A stretch of DNA of 64,000 bases, from positions 64,001-128,000 of the IMG/VR virus record IMGVR_UViG_3300046787_000130. One strand, given 5' to 3'. The notes under the pieces are model-generated. The model worked only from the letters and a program-made list of their open reading frames with translations. It was not told the origin of the DNA and did no database searches. A program made the translations under genes and the position numbers. The number at the start of each line of letters is the position of its first letter. The stretch's first letter is position 1. Shown here in pieces: positions 36,950 to 46,247 of this stretch. This DNA is from a virus.

Positions 36950-37234
36950 ATGAGCCACATGAAGGATTTTCTTGAGGATGTTCGCGCCATGATTCTGCAT
37001 GGCGCTTCCGTTGAGTACATCGCAAGTTGTAATGACGTGCCGGTGGAAATGGTCGAGGGTGCGCTTGACATTCTCATGGAAGATGCTGACTTCTGTAAAC
37101 TGGCTGGCTTTGATGCGCCTGAGCCGCTGTATGACGTGGACGATGAGCCGCTGAGTGCAGAGGATGATGGCTACATCTATGGCACGGATGATGGCTATGG
37201 TGTGGATTTCTATGATGGGGAGTATGCGACATGA
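36950..37234 (+). CDS. Hypothetical acidic early protein
   Basis: MSHMKDFLEDV start; coupled to its neighbours. Confidence 0.65.
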   Translation: MSHMKDFLEDVRAMILHGASVEYIASCNDVPVEMVEGALDILMEDADFCKLAGFDAPEPLYDVDDEPLSAEDDGYIYGTDDGYGVDFYDGEYAT

Positions 37235-37362
37235 GCAAGTTGTATAAGGGTAATGGCGTGGCGCGTGATTTGCGCAGCCCCAAGTATGCGATGCGTGTTG
37301 TGCCGACGCACAAGCAGTATCGTCGCGCCAAGGCAAAGCGGGATTGGTCTAATGATATCTGA
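37231..37362 (+). CDS. Small basic protein, ArfA-like motif (43 aa, absent from the ORF track)
   Basis: MSKLYKGNGVARDLRSPKYAMRVVPTHKQYRRAKAKRDWSNDI; GGGGAG RBS, ATGA overlap. Confidence 0.55.
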   Translation: MSKLYKGNGVARDLRSPKYAMRVVPTHKQYRRAKAKRDWSNDI

Positions 37363-37588
37363 TGGAGTTGTTGCTGTGTATCGTGAACGTGCATATGTTG
37401 TAAAGCCGCGAGTCAATTTCAATCCTGCAAACAAGCAGCATAGGCTTGACTATGCGCAGTTTATCAAGTATAATAACTGGAAGACAGGTTGCCAATATCT
37501 GTTGGAAGAGCCATACATGGACATTCCGACAATGATTCAGGACAAGTTGGTTCGTTATTATCTCAAGCCGATGATGGAGAAAGCGTGA
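37352..37588 (+). CDS. Hypothetical protein
   Basis: F.P.NK.HR..Y..F.....W...C.Y.LE.PY pattern; start uncertain. Confidence 0.6.
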   Translation: MISDGVVAVYRERAYVVKPRVNFNPANKQHRLDYAQFIKYNNWKTGCQYLLEEPYMDIPTMIQDKLVRYYLKPMMEKA

Positions 37589-37815
37589 TGCCTTATCAGT
37601 GGGTTGAACATGATTTGGGTGTTTACACCGATGAAGACCTGGTTGAAGAACTGGAACATCGTCACTATAACTTCAAGAATCTCATAAAAGATGAGATAAA
37701 AGAAGACATTGATGCTGCCCTATATGAGTTGGCTGATTGTAAGCGTTACAATCCTGAGAAGTTTGATGAGATGTTTTCCCAGTTTGTTTGGGACACCATT
37801 GGAAAGAGTATCTGA
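37588..37815 (+). CDS. Hypothetical protein
   Basis: GGAG RBS, TGATG coupling. Confidence 0.6.
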   Translation: MPYQWVEHDLGVYTDEDLVEELEHRHYNFKNLIKDEIKEDIDAALYELADCKRYNPEKFDEMFSQFVWDTIGKSI

Positions 37816-37817
37816 AA

Positions 37818-38153
37818 ATGTATCGTTGGTCTAAAAAGCGCAAGCCAAAGGGTGAGATTGCTCGCAAACTTGACACCCGAAAGTTGCGTGGCGTTGATGT
37901 AGTGTTCGGCAGTAACCGCGCACTGCGTCCTGGTTCTGACGTTGCGTTGAGCATCCAGTCTCACGTGACATCAACGCAGTTTCTTCCTGCGCGCAACAGC
38001 GTAATGGATGCGGCTCAACTTGCCAAGGAAGCACCTGAAGTGCGTGATGCCATCATTGCCAAAAGCAAGCGACTGGCTCCTGCCTATAGCAAGGGCGCAG
38101 TGCAGTATGTTACTGATGATGCTGATGTACAGTCACTGGGGAGAAAGCGGTGA
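37818..38153 (+). CDS. Conserved phage hypothetical protein
   Basis: APAYSKGA.QY motif seen in T4-like phage early proteins. Confidence 0.65.
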   Translation: MYRWSKKRKPKGEIARKLDTRKLRGVDVVFGSNRALRPGSDVALSIQSHVTSTQFLPARNSVMDAAQLAKEAPEVRDAIIAKSKRLAPAYSKGAVQYVTDDADVQSLGRKR

Positions 38154-38437
38154 ACAAACTAACGAAAGAATATCTGGCTGAGTTGGGATTGGCACTTAAG
38201 CGATTTGGCACTTATCAATATGATGATAAGGGTGCGCATGAGGTAATGAATCTTGAACCACTAATCTCTAAATTGCAAGAATTATCTGCAATAGAAGCAG
38301 CAGAAGTCTTGCGGGAAATTGCAGCGTCTCCAAAGTATGACAACCGAGGCAGTCTCTTAACGGAAACACTGCTTGCTTACATGGAAGACTGGGAAGAGTT
38401 GTGGGCGCAGCCTGGAATTGAAGACTTGGCATATTAG
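38150..38437 (+). CDS. Hypothetical protein
   Basis: GGGGAG RBS, GTGA overlap. Confidence 0.6.
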   Translation: MNKLTKEYLAELGLALKRFGTYQYDDKGAHEVMNLEPLISKLQELSAIEAAEVLREIAASPKYDNRGSLLTETLLAYMEDWEELWAQPGIEDLAY

Positions 38438-38447
38438 GAGTTGAAGA

Positions 38448-38666
38448 ATGAAAGTACGATTGATGAAGCGATATATGAAAGATGTTGAAGACCCATATTA
38501 TGAAGTGGACAAATGGATTCATCTGTTAGGGCAAATTGGGTATTGGAGTACTCAGGCAAGAACAATGGATTACAATTATGCAGTTTCCGTGTTTGAAGAC
38601 TATAAGCACAATAAGCGCGGCGGACCAGAACGCAAGGCAGAAGTACTTTTAATTCACCATGAGTGA
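38448..38666 (+). CDS. Hypothetical protein
   Basis: AGGAG RBS. Confidence 0.6.
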   Translation: MKVRLMKRYMKDVEDPYYEVDKWIHLLGQIGYWSTQARTMDYNYAVSVFEDYKHNKRGGPERKAEVLLIHHE

Positions 38667-38793
38667 ACTTGACTTTTTCATTTTAATCTTTTATACTATA
38701 TCTTTCGTATGGTTAGTGGGTATCCTGCTAGCCATGCTTTTCTTTTTAGGACTATTGTATGAAGTTACATTTACTAAGCGACCTCCATCTTGA
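38659..38793 (+). CDS. Possible small membrane protein (44 aa)
   Basis: MSELDFFILIFYTISFVWLVGILLAMLFFLGLLYEV..., long hydrophobic stretch filling the gap. Confidence 0.4.
   Translation: MSELDFFILIFYTISFVWLVGILLAMLFFLGLLYEVTFTKRPPS
38669..38697 (+). promoter_or_regulatory. Sigma70-type promoter
   Basis: TTGACT-17 nt-TATACT. Confidence 0.6.
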
Positions 38794-39568
38794 GTTTGCC
38801 CCAATAGATTTGCCCGGCGGCGATGTACTTCTGCTTGCTGGCGATATTTTTGTTGCTAGCAACAAGCGTCTTAATGATACGTTTCATGGAGAAGAAGCCA
38901 AATATTTCTTTGAAGATGCGTGCGCCAAGTACAACAAGGTAATCTGCATTGCCGGCAACCATGAACACTATGGTAACTATTATAACACGACACACGAAAA
39001 CATTCGTAACTTTTTCCATAAGCATGACTTGAAGGTTGTGTTCTTAGAGAACAGTTGCTTTGAATTAAATGATGAATACGTGTTGTTTGGTTCTACCTTC
39101 TGGACAGACTTTAACAACAATGACTTTGTTGCGGTACAAGCAGCAAAGAACGGCATGAATGACTTCCGTATGATTTCCTATGAGAATGATAATAAGAGCG
39201 GAAGTCTCTCGCCATTTGACACTACCGAATTTAATTTGACGGCGCGCAATTCACTAAAGATGGCACTAGAGTTTTATTCAACCAAGAAGTTTATCGTGAT
39301 GACGCATCATCTACCTGACATGCTCAGTGTTGATGCTAAGTATGGTAATGACCCGTTGAATTATGCCTATGCTAACACGGGTCTCAAACAATTCATATTG
39401 GACAATCCCCGTATAAAGTACTGGATGCATGGGCACACCCATACCAGCCGTGACTATATAATTGGAGATTGTCGAGTGATGTGCAATCCAAGAGGATACG
39501 CCAAACCGTATCGTCCTGAAGAATGCGAAAATATTTTGTTTAACGTGAATCATACACTGGAGATTTAA
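38759..39568 (+). CDS. Calcineurin-like metallophosphoesterase
   Basis: SDLHLE, LAGDI, GNHE, THH, HGHTH, NPRGY. Confidence 0.92.
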   Translation: MKLHLLSDLHLEFAPIDLPGGDVLLLAGDIFVASNKRLNDTFHGEEAKYFFEDACAKYNKVICIAGNHEHYGNYYNTTHENIRNFFHKHDLKVVFLENSCFELNDEYVLFGSTFWTDFNNNDFVAVQAAKNGMNDFRMISYENDNKSGSLSPFDTTEFNLTARNSLKMALEFYSTKKFIVMTHHLPDMLSVDAKYGNDPLNYAYANTGLKQFILDNPRIKYWMHGHTHTSRDYIIGDCRVMCNPRGYAKPYRPEECENILFNVNHTLEI

Positions 39569-39569
39569 T

Positions 39570-39776
39570 ATGCAAAACTTTAATTTTACCCTACACGAAG
39601 ATGGTAGCAATCAACTAGATGGTTCGCATCCTGTAATTCCATCTGTGCGCAATACCCTAAGCGTTCATGGCGATTTGAACCTAACCATGTTGATTGAACA
39701 CTTCCAGCAGTTTGTTGTTGGTTGCGGATATGTTCTTCCTGAGAATACTTCGATTGGTCTTGTTGAGGACTATTAA
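39570..39776 (+). CDS. Hypothetical protein
   Basis: GGAG RBS; L......F..F..GCGY motif. Confidence 0.6.
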   Translation: MQNFNFTLHEDGSNQLDGSHPVIPSVRNTLSVHGDLNLTMLIEHFQQFVVGCGYVLPENTSIGLVEDY

Positions 39777-39779
39777 TCT

Positions 39780-40520
39780 ATGAAAGTAACCGTAATCACG
39801 GCTACTACAGGCAACCCGCTTCTTGCGGGTTGTTTGCGTTCTGTGGCAGCACAAACCCATAGAGATGTCACCCATGTTGTAGTTGGAGATGGTCCAGAAC
39901 ATTGGGAGAAGATTGACGCAATCTTTACAGATGCTGGATTTCCTAATGGGACAAATCAGTTCTATCTTGAGATTCCTTACCCTATCGGAAAAGACCGCTG
40001 GAATGCACATCGCATCTATCCAGCAGTAACCTATATGGCAGAGGGTGACTTCATCATGTATCTTGATGAGGACAATGTTCTTGAGCCTGACCATATTGAA
40101 TCCCTAATCAAGTTGGTTACAGAAAAGAATCTACATTGGGCTTATTCGCTCCGTAAGATTATTGACAAGGATGGTAACTATCTCTGTCATGATGATTGCG
40201 AGAGTCTGGGCAAGTGGGCTTCTGTACTTGACCCACGAGACTTCTTTGTAGATGTAAATTGCTACTTTGTGCGAAGGGATGTTGCTGTTGCGATTACACC
40301 TGCTTGGTACAGAAAATTCAGAGAACCGGGACAGCCTGAAGTTGACCGCGTGTTAGCGCACGTGCTGATGAATAACTTCCCACAGTATGATTGCACTTAC
40401 AATTATTCGTTGCTATATAGAGTAGGCAACACGCAGCACTCAGTGCAGAAAGAATTCTTTGAGCGTGGCAATGCCGCTATGTTGCAACGATATGATGGCA
40501 AACTTCCTTGGAAGATTTAA
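39780..40520 (+). CDS. Glycosyltransferase family 2
   Basis: SV.AQT, VVVGDG, YLDEDN (DxD). Confidence 0.88.
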   Translation: MKVTVITATTGNPLLAGCLRSVAAQTHRDVTHVVVGDGPEHWEKIDAIFTDAGFPNGTNQFYLEIPYPIGKDRWNAHRIYPAVTYMAEGDFIMYLDEDNVLEPDHIESLIKLVTEKNLHWAYSLRKIIDKDGNYLCHDDCESLGKWASVLDPRDFFVDVNCYFVRRDVAVAITPAWYRKFREPGQPEVDRVLAHVLMNNFPQYDCTYNYSLLYRVGNTQHSVQKEFFERGNAAMLQRYDGKLPWKI

Positions 40521-40521
40521 T

Positions 40522-41475
40522 ATGGCAGAACAAAGAACCTTAGTTTGCGTTTTTGCGCAAACTCGCGAACATGAATTAGTATGGAAGAATTTCAAGAAGA
40601 ACGTATTAGATGCTCTCAATGCTGACTTGGCTCTTTGTATTGCTGTACCCGATGACTATGCTTACGCTAATCCATATTGGCAGCATGCTAAGTATAAATG
40701 GACTTGTCCAGAATATGAAAACTGGATGGATGCTTTTGAGTATGCCAAAAAAATTAGTTTCCCTCAAGTTGGTGATGATTGGAAAACTGCATTAACGGTT
40801 CCTGGTAATTGGATATCACCGCTAAATGGTAATCCTGCTGGCGGCGCACTTCAAATCTTTTTTAGATGGTTGCTTTGGCAGCATCTACAAAAAGATGACA
40901 TTTTTGCGCAATATGATAGGGTTGTCTTTACGCGCTCTGATTTTATGTTCCTCTCTCCGCATCCTCCAATGGACTTGTTAAGCCAAGAGCATATTTGGCT
41001 TCCTAATGGAGAGTACTACGGTGGCGTAACAGACCGTCATGCAGTTCTTTCGAGAAAGAACGCTGAAGGATATCTTATGGGCATTATGAAAAACATAATG
41101 ACAAATACGAGCCAATTTTGTGCATGTTTGCGGGAAGCGGGAAAAAACTACGATAGACATTATGCAACTGATACTGATGACCCTAATAAGGTAATTCCTG
41201 TTGGGCTAGAGATGTCTATCAAGGTTAATTTAGATTTTGAATTTCCGGTAGATACATGTAGATTCTTTCCATATATAATGTATACGGTAAGGTCAGCTGA
41301 CGGTAAATCGCGCCATAATTATGGAACATGGTACGAAGAATTAGGCTACTTCATAAAAAGTCCTGAAGAACTGTTTAGCGCAAAAACTTACCAAGCAATT
41401 TACGTGAAACCGCAAGATTGGTATACTGTGCCAAGAGTAGAAGCCCCGCCATATTGGAACTCTACTTGGCCATGA
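40522..41475 (+). CDS. Putative glycosyltransferase-like protein (paralog A)
   Basis: QTR, YD.VV.TRSDF, GE.YGG.TDR. Confidence 0.55.
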   Translation: MAEQRTLVCVFAQTREHELVWKNFKKNVLDALNADLALCIAVPDDYAYANPYWQHAKYKWTCPEYENWMDAFEYAKKISFPQVGDDWKTALTVPGNWISPLNGNPAGGALQIFFRWLLWQHLQKDDIFAQYDRVVFTRSDFMFLSPHPPMDLLSQEHIWLPNGEYYGGVTDRHAVLSRKNAEGYLMGIMKNIMTNTSQFCACLREAGKNYDRHYATDTDDPNKVIPVGLEMSIKVNLDFEFPVDTCRFFPYIMYTVRSADGKSRHNYGTWYEELGYFIKSPEELFSAKTYQAIYVKPQDWYTVPRVEAPPYWNSTWP

Positions 41476-41498
41476 CAATATAACAAAGGTGAATTGAT

Positions 41499-42377
41499 AT
41501 GCAACAACGAACGCTAGTTTGCGTAATCTCTCAAACAAGAGAACAAGAAATTGTTTGGGATAATTTCAAGAAGAATGTACTGGATACTTTAAACGCTGAC
41601 TTAGCGTTATGTATTGCTGTATCAGACGATTATGATTACTCTAATCCATATTGGCAGAACGCCAAATACAAGTGGACATGTCCAGAGTATAAAGATTGGA
41701 CTGATGCGTTTGAGTTTGCGAGGCAAACGGATTTTCCAGAAGCAACTGATGACTGGAAGAAAATTCTAACCATCCCAAGCAACTGGATGTCGCCAATTAA
41801 CGGGTATCCTGGCGCAGGGTCTATTCTGATTTTCTTCCGTTGGTTGTTATGGCACAACTTAAAGAAAGAAGACATCTTCAAGCACTATGACCGCATCATC
41901 ATAACTCGATCAGACTTTATGTTCCTCTGTCCGCATCCTCCAATGGAACTGCTCCATCCAAATTATATTTGGGTGCCTGATGGTGAACACTATGGCGGCA
42001 TTACTGACCGTTATGCCGTCTTGTCTGAAAAAAATGCTGATGGTTACTTCAGCATCATGAAGCATATCATGACCAACACGAACAATCTATATAATACTCT
42101 CAAGCAACTGCAAGATGAAATCCAAGATGAAATAAATCTGGAAAAGTCTGTTATGAAAGTTTTAGAGTTTGAGTTTGGTCCTAACATATGCAGATTCTTT
42201 CCATATATAATGTATTCCGTTAGGTCTAAGGAAGGAAAAACCCGATGGCAAAGTGGTTACTGGGTTGAGGAATTAGGTTACTACATTAAGTATCCCTCAG
42301 AATTCGAACGCGCACAATTCTTTCAACAAATTATCGTAAAGCCAGAAGATTGGTATCGTATAGCGAGGCAAGAATGA
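41499..42377 (+). CDS. Putative glycosyltransferase-like protein (paralog B)
   Basis: Collinear, highly similar to the preceding ORF. Confidence 0.55.
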   Translation: MQQRTLVCVISQTREQEIVWDNFKKNVLDTLNADLALCIAVSDDYDYSNPYWQNAKYKWTCPEYKDWTDAFEFARQTDFPEATDDWKKILTIPSNWMSPINGYPGAGSILIFFRWLLWHNLKKEDIFKHYDRIIITRSDFMFLCPHPPMELLHPNYIWVPDGEHYGGITDRYAVLSEKNADGYFSIMKHIMTNTNNLYNTLKQLQDEIQDEINLEKSVMKVLEFEFGPNICRFFPYIMYSVRSKEGKTRWQSGYWVEELGYYIKYPSEFERAQFFQQIIVKPEDWYRIARQE

Positions 42378-43600
42378 TTACAAAAAGTGAACACCTATCT
42401 ACCTGTTTAATTACTGGTAGCCCAGTACAGAAGATACTTGATTTAGGTCAGCATGCGTATGCAGATACCTTCATAGCAGAAAATCAACTTGATTTGTCTG
42501 AGCCAGTATTCCCACTACAATTGTTTATGAACTCAGATTCAGGTTCAATTCAACTTGGTTACGTTAGCAAGGCTGAAGACCGCTACAATCTATACGGATA
42601 CAGTTACACCTCAAGCAACTCTCAAACATCAAGAAATCATTGGACTGAATATGCTACGACAATACAGGAGAAGTATCCATCTCCTAAACTAGCAGTAGAG
42701 ATTGGAAGCAATGATGGATATCTAATCAATCAGTTTAAGTCAACAGCCAAGAGAGTGCTTGGAGTAGACTCATCTGAAGAAATGTGCAATCTTGCCAACG
42801 CAAATCATATTCCAACCATCTGCAATTTGTTTGATGAGACTGTTGCAGATAGTATTCGCGAAGAGTATGGTGAAGCCGATATTATCATGGCTAACAATGT
42901 TTTCAATCATGCTAACAATCCAGTTGGGTTTGCTAGAGGCGTATTGAAACTGTTGTCTGCTAATGGCGTGTTTGTATTTGAGGTTCCATCTTGGGCTGAG
43001 ATGGTTACTAGCAACCGATTTGTTGATATGGTATACCATGAACACATCAGTTACTTTACTGTGCGGAGTTGCTGGAATCTACTACAAGCCGCTGGTCTAG
43101 ACATCGTTGATTTTAATGTTGTAAATTATCATGGTGGTAGTCTTAGAATTGAAGCAAAGAAGTCTACTGGGACGGGCATCATGCCCAAGAAGGTTGCTGA
43201 TGCAATTCAAAAAGAAATTGAACTGGGGCTATTTGACGTTAACTTCTATACAACATTTCAGCAAAAGTTAGAGCGCGATAGAAATGCTTGGTTGAACAAG
43301 TTCTATCAGATTCTAAATGATGAACCAGATGCCGTAATAATCGGTGTTGGAGCAGCAGCAAAGGCTAACACTTGGCTCAACTGGCATCGACTAGATAAGA
43401 CATTACTGCGTTGTATTACTGATGCATCTCAGTTTAAGCAAGGTAAGTATACGCCACTAACCCGCATCCCTATTGTCGATGACTCTGAATTTGCTAAGTA
43501 TGATAAGCCATATGCGCTGGTTTTGAGTTGGAACATTGGAGATGCTCTAAAGGCTGCACTATTGAAAATTAATCCAAACGTGAGGTTCATTTCGCAATGA
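42374..43600 (+). CDS. NDP-sugar C-methyltransferase (TylCIII/TcaB9/NovU family)
   Basis: EIGSNDG, ANNVF.H, YHEH.SYF, HGGSLR, GAAAK, KQGKYTP..IPI, LSWN. Confidence 0.88.
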   Translation: MITKSEHLSTCLITGSPVQKILDLGQHAYADTFIAENQLDLSEPVFPLQLFMNSDSGSIQLGYVSKAEDRYNLYGYSYTSSNSQTSRNHWTEYATTIQEKYPSPKLAVEIGSNDGYLINQFKSTAKRVLGVDSSEEMCNLANANHIPTICNLFDETVADSIREEYGEADIIMANNVFNHANNPVGFARGVLKLLSANGVFVFEVPSWAEMVTSNRFVDMVYHEHISYFTVRSCWNLLQAAGLDIVDFNVVNYHGGSLRIEAKKSTGTGIMPKKVADAIQKEIELGLFDVNFYTTFQQKLERDRNAWLNKFYQILNDEPDAVIIGVGAAAKANTWLNWHRLDKTLLRCITDASQFKQGKYTPLTRIPIVDDSEFAKYDKPYALVLSWNIGDALKAALLKINPNVRFISQ

Positions 43601-44001
43601 AAGTCTATAACATCTATATGAATTTAGAAGAAGGTCTAAGTTCTTTTTCAGATAATCGCGGCAACATTACTGATATCTTCTTCAAGAAGTCTATCAATCA
43701 TGGTTGTATTATTACTAACAATCCCGGTGCTGTTCGCGGTAATCATTACCACAATCATACTACTCAATACACCTACATTCTTTCAGGTAGTTTAGAATAC
43801 TATTCATCTGAAGTTGATAGTAATCTCGTAGAACGTTATGTTGCTGTTCCTGGTGATATGATTATAAGCGAACCTCGTGAGATTCATGCAATGCGCGCAG
43901 GTGAGGATGGTTGCGTTTTTATTGCTTTTGCAGAAGGTCCACGCGGCGGCGCTGACTATGAGACTGATACGGTAAGAGTTGAATCAATCATCTATGACTA
44001 A
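43597..44001 (+). CDS. Cupin sugar isomerase/epimerase
   Basis: D.RG, RGNHYH, Y..SG, PREIHA. Confidence 0.75.
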   Translation: MKVYNIYMNLEEGLSSFSDNRGNITDIFFKKSINHGCIITNNPGAVRGNHYHNHTTQYTYILSGSLEYYSSEVDSNLVERYVAVPGDMIISEPREIHAMRAGEDGCVFIAFAEGPRGGADYETDTVRVESIIYD

Positions 44002-44581
44002 GGTTGCTGTAGTTTTTGGGGCAAGTGGCGGGATTGGAAACGCCACTTGCCTAGCATTGTCTGCTGAATATAAAGTCATTGCTATAACAAGAGAAGAAAT
44101 TGACTTATTTGACAATCTAAGTTATAATCAGATATGCGCTTTCCTTACTGCTATGCAACCAGACTTAGTTGTCAACTGCGCAGGACATTTTGCGGACAAT
44201 ACTGAAACGCATAATGCTACGATGGACATCAATGTTGGCTCTAACTGGAGCATCATTAAACACTACATTGACAATCCATCATCCAAACCTGTTAAAGTTA
44301 TCCTTGTTGGTTCAAGCGCATATCGTGAGGGCAGAAAGAACTACATGCTATATGCCGCAAGCAAAGCAGCACTATATAATTTGTGGCTAAGTTCTGCCGA
44401 ATACTTTCAGAGTAGCAATGTTGCGGTTTCACTAATTAATCCAGTGAAGACCAAAACTAAGATGATGGACCCAGCATCAACTAGATTCATACTTCCGGAA
44501 GATGTAGCGCAAAAAATATTAGCAATGTCATCAACAGCATTAAGTGAGTGTATTGATTTAGAATACCCGAAGGAGTCGTAA
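43994..44581 (+). CDS. Short-chain dehydrogenase/reductase
   Basis: GASGGIG, NCAG, YAASK. Confidence 0.88.
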   Translation: MTKVAVVFGASGGIGNATCLALSAEYKVIAITREEIDLFDNLSYNQICAFLTAMQPDLVVNCAGHFADNTETHNATMDINVGSNWSIIKHYIDNPSSKPVKVILVGSSAYREGRKNYMLYAASKAALYNLWLSSAEYFQSSNVAVSLINPVKTKTKMMDPASTRFILPEDVAQKILAMSSTALSECIDLEYPKES

Positions 44582-45358
44582 ATGAAAGTTGGCGTTATTG
44601 GAAAAGGCGTAGTTGGTACTGCCGTGTATGAGGGGCTAAAGCATCTTGGTCATACAGTAAGTTTCTTTGATAAGAAGTATGATGGTTCCAAGGTAGAGGA
44701 CATCCTAGACACCGATTGCGTTTTCGTATCAGTGCCTACAAATCAAGCATCTAACGGCGATTGCGATACCAGCATTGTTGAATCTGTTGTAGCCGAATTA
44801 AATGATAGAAACTACAAGGGATTGATTGCTATTAAAAGCACCGTAATCCCCGGCACATCTGACAAGTTAGCATCCGCATATCCAAATCTGCGAATCTGCT
44901 CAGTACCTGAATTCCTCCGCGCTAAGACAGCACTAGCAGATTTTATGTACAATCATGACCTGCTTATTATTGGTAGCCATAATGATGCGGACTTTGATAT
45001 AATTAAGAAGATTCATGGGCATCTACCAAAAGCAACATCTTGCGTTAAGCCTGTTGAAGCAGAGATTGTAAAGTATTTTAACAACGTTAATCACAGTGTA
45101 CAAATTATCTTTGCTAACATCTTCTATGATGTATGTAAAAAGGTTGGTGCTGATTACAATAATGTTTATGATGCTATCATCAAGAGAGAGTGCTTCAACT
45201 CATCATACCTAATGTGTAATGAAAACCTCAGAGGATTTGGCGGACACTGTTTGCCAAAGGATACTAGTGCTTGGGGCAACCTTGTTAAGAATCTTGGACT
45301 AGAGTATGCGACAATCCAAGCAGTTCTTTCAGACAATGAGAAGATTAACAATGAGTAA
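44582..45358 (+). CDS. UDP-glucose/GDP-mannose 6-dehydrogenase (short form)
   Basis: GKGVVG, VPT, IKST..PG, PEFLR, GFGGHCLPKD. Confidence 0.9.
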   Translation: MKVGVIGKGVVGTAVYEGLKHLGHTVSFFDKKYDGSKVEDILDTDCVFVSVPTNQASNGDCDTSIVESVVAELNDRNYKGLIAIKSTVIPGTSDKLASAYPNLRICSVPEFLRAKTALADFMYNHDLLIIGSHNDADFDIIKKIHGHLPKATSCVKPVEAEIVKYFNNVNHSVQIIFANIFYDVCKKVGADYNNVYDAIIKRECFNSSYLMCNENLRGFGGHCLPKDTSAWGNLVKNLGLEYATIQAVLSDNEKINNE

Positions 45359-46244
45359 AATTCTAGTGACTGGTGCCAGCGGTTTGCTGGGGACAGAATT
45401 CTGCCGACAACTTACTGAAGCAAATCATGAAGTTTGGGCTGTTGATAATCATTCACGTTCTAGTACTATTCCACCATGCAGTAAGTGGCTAAAGATTGAC
45501 TTGAATGATGTAGCAGAACTAAATGCTTTGCCTACTGATTTTGATTACATCTATCACTACAGTGCTATTAATGGTACAACAAACTTCTACAAGTATCCGA
45601 CAAAGGTGCTAACAAATAATTTTGTTTGTGACATTAACATATTTGAATTTGCATCACGTTGCGCTAACCTATCTAAGTTGGTATACGCATCAAGCAGCGA
45701 AATCGTAGCAGATGACCCAACCCGTCCAGTGCCTGAAAACACTGATGTGTTTATCAAGAACATTCATAATGCACGTTGGAGTTATCGTCTAGCCAAGATT
45801 ACAAGTGAAAACTTTTTGGCTAACAGCAATCTGCCTTGGGTTGTTCTTCGTTACTTTAACGTGTATGGCGAGAATAGCAAGCAAGGGCACTTTCTAGGTG
45901 ACCAGATTGCTAAGATTAAGAGTGGCGTATTTTCTGTTATTGGAAGCAACGAAACTAGGTCATTCTGTCATGTTCAGGATGCTATCTTAGCCAGCATCTA
46001 TGTAGCCGAGAATACTGTTAATCAAGTTGTTAACATTGGAAATGATAGAGAGATTAGCATTGGTGATGCTGTCAAGGTTATTGCTAAAGAACTTGGTCAT
46101 CCAGATGCTAACTTTGAAGAACTTCCTAGCATGCCTGGTTCAGTTGAAAATAGACGCCCCGACATCACCAAACTTAGAAGCATCATGCAACATTACACCC
46201 CAATGTCATTTGAAGATGGCATTAGAACAATACTCAAGAGGTAA
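45351..46244 (+). CDS. NAD-dependent sugar epimerase/dehydratase (UDP-glucuronate decarboxylase-like)
   Basis: TGASGLLG, YASSSE, Y...K (SYRLAK), RYFNVYG, TRSFC. Confidence 0.88.
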   Translation: MSKILVTGASGLLGTEFCRQLTEANHEVWAVDNHSRSSTIPPCSKWLKIDLNDVAELNALPTDFDYIYHYSAINGTTNFYKYPTKVLTNNFVCDINIFEFASRCANLSKLVYASSSEIVADDPTRPVPENTDVFIKNIHNARWSYRLAKITSENFLANSNLPWVVLRYFNVYGENSKQGHFLGDQIAKIKSGVFSVIGSNETRSFCHVQDAILASIYVAENTVNQVVNIGNDREISIGDAVKVIAKELGHPDANFEELPSMPGSVENRRPDITKLRSIMQHYTPMSFEDGIRTILKR

Positions 46245-46247
46245 TTT

